A DNA stretch of 64,000 nucleotides from the NCBI RefSeq assembly GCF_009914755.1, contig NC_060941.1; one strand, 5' to 3'. A program made the position numbers and the translations under genes. Each line of letters begins with the position of its first letter. Within the stretch, counting starts at the first letter, position 1. This document shows positions 62,201 to 64,000 of the stretch, one piece after another. The notes below the pieces were generated by a model. The model was not told where the DNA came from. It did no database searches and was given only the letters and a program-made list of their open reading frames with translations. Origin of the DNA: the human T2T-CHM13v2.0 reference genome, Homo sapiens.

Positions 62201-63129
62201 GAATTTGATTTAGGAAGTGCCATCATTTGTGAGGATGCTGATTGAGGTGGAGGGTGGCAATGAGGTGACTGGAAGAGAGTGAGGAATGGGAAAAGTGGTC
62301 CTATGTCTGAGCTGACTTGTGGGACAAGAATGGAGGAAATAGGTAGAACCTGAGTCTCCTGCTTTTGAGCCCACGGCTCCTTCCACTGTACTTGATGCCA
62401 ATACTCCCTACAATGAATCCATTGCTAAAAATGCTAGAGTTAGGTTACATTACTAGATGTAGAGTGCCCAGACCCAGGAAGAAGGCAGATAGCCTGGTCT
62501 CTCTAATCAGGCAGGATCTATGGTGGGGGTCCATCCTGAGCCCCATGCTTTGGGCAGAGTAGTGACACATGGAAGCACATCCACAGAGGCGGCTCAGTGT
62601 GGCACAGGAACTGGTAACCAAGCCCTCAAGATCTAGATAAGGGCATTGCAGGTGTTTCCACTGGAGAAGAGGTGACTCAGGGCTCATGAACCTGCCTGCC
62701 CATCCAGAGCTCCTCCCATGGTCCCCACCTGGCTCCTTGCAGTCCAAGCCCCCAGAGGCCTGCCCACTTACTCCTCTGCTTCACTCTCACAGAGCTAGAT
62801 AATTCAGGTATGAGGCCAGAATGGAGTTGTAGCCAGGGCCCTTAAGAAAATGTCCCAAGGATGTATCTCAGCCCCAACTTCACCTGCAAGGCAGGACCTA
62901 CAGGCTCAATGAACTCTCTTGTTCCCAGATAATAGCTCTCCATTACCTACCAGAGGAGAGCCAAGGCCCCTTTCCAGGTAACCAATCCACTTCCTAAATT
63001 CACCCCCATCACAACACTTTCCCTCAGCCTCACTGTCTCATGTTTCCATGCTCAAGCTGTCCCTTTTTCCCAAAGGCGCTTCTCCCCCATCTTGTTCTGT
63101 TGAAAACCTCCCATCCTCCAAAGTCCTCT

Positions 63130-63268
63130 GGCATCAGAAAGGGTGGAATCTGAACCCAAGCCCTGTGACTTATTAACGCCATGACCTGGGGTTGCCCATT
63201 TAACTGCCCTGGCTTCAGTGTCTGCATCTGTTAAATGGGGATGGATGAAGATTCAAGGTGCGGTTTCA
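63130..63268 (+). mobile_element. MIR SINE
   Basis: atgacctgggg...cttcagtgtctgcatctgttaaatggggat. Confidence 0.65.
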
Positions 63269-63269
63269 A

Positions 63270-63430
63270 ATAGCCCTTCTTAAATACCAACATGCAAGCA
63301 ATCACCCTTGGATATCGTTGTCCAGCAGACATTGATTCAGTAGGTCTGGAGTAGGGCCCAAATGTGTGCATTTCTAACCAACTCCCAGGTGATGCTGCTG
63401 GTGCTGGCACACCTGGAGGAATGCGCATTT
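63270..63430. mobile_element. MER5B-like MITE
   Basis: tgattcagtaggtctggagtagggccca...tgcatttctaaccaactcccaggtgatgctgctg. Confidence 0.8.
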
Positions 63431-64000
63431 CAAACACCTCATCTAATGACTCGCAAGTAGCGCTAGCTCCCTGGAGTTGCAGGAATGGAGGGGTGCAGCC
63501 AGGTGAATACGGGGCCCAGGATATCCCTGGGGACTCTGAGGCTGCTGGAGGCCTCTCCTCCCTTCCACCCAGCCTAGCAGTTTTTAAGTGTGCTAGTACC
63601 TTACTAGGGGATCCAATCCCACAACCCCAGCCTTTTAATAGAGATAAGTTTACCAAGAACCTCAAAGGTGACCTCAAAGGGACCTCCCTCCCAATAAATG
63701 TGAACTTTGAGAACAAAGGTGGCAGGACAGGGGGTCCCAGAAGGATAATCTGAATAAAGGTGGAGTGGGGTAGAAGGGTGGGCTCCCCAACTCTGCCTTG
63801 GCACTAGGGAAAGTGAGTTGAGGACATCACAGACCTGATGGTCAGCTCTGAGAACAGGCCCTTAGACCTCTGCTCACTCTTAGAGACTAGGCACCCCCAA
63901 ACTTGGGCTGAGCCTGCTACCCATTTGCATATCCTGCCAGCAGCCGTGGGGCCTCTGGATCCCAGATGGATCCTGGAATCAAATCCTGCCTCTGAGAGTC

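Noticed and set aside
63231-63753. Overlapping 161-aa and 129-aa ORFs
   Set aside because: They run through MIR and MER5B sequence and have no recognisable domain.
63923-63930. Perfect octamer ATTTGCAT (also ATGCAAAT at ~9284 and ~54769)
   Set aside because: About two to three hits are expected by chance in 64 kb; no supporting context.

Overview
This is 64 kb of primate (human-like) non-coding genomic DNA, either intronic or intergenic. Evidence: strong CpG depletion, three AluJ copies, a THE1 LTR, and a dense mosaic of ancient mammalian repeats (MIR, L2, L3/CR1, old L1/HAL1, MLT1, LTR33, and MER5/MER53/MER58/MER63/MER102/MER113 DNA transposons). I cannot support any protein-coding exon, tRNA, rRNA or CRISPR array. 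The supplied ORFs look like chance ORFs or translations of repeats, and I do not recognise the locus. Repeat family names come from recalled consensus sequences, and boundaries are approximate unless a TSD is given. I see no evidence for a new multi-gene system. The best unexplained structures are: (1) a ~556-bp inverted repeat at 5238-5793 with ~160-bp arms, ~82% identical, matching no repeat I recognise; (2) short local duplications at 57871/60260, 34151/34942 and 20421/20921; (3) an exact-period 4x42-bp amplification of an E-box-containing unit inside an MLT1 LTR; (4) a promoter-like CCAAT/GC-box island at ~32.8-33.1 kb; (5) several repeat-free, motif-dense enhancer candidates.
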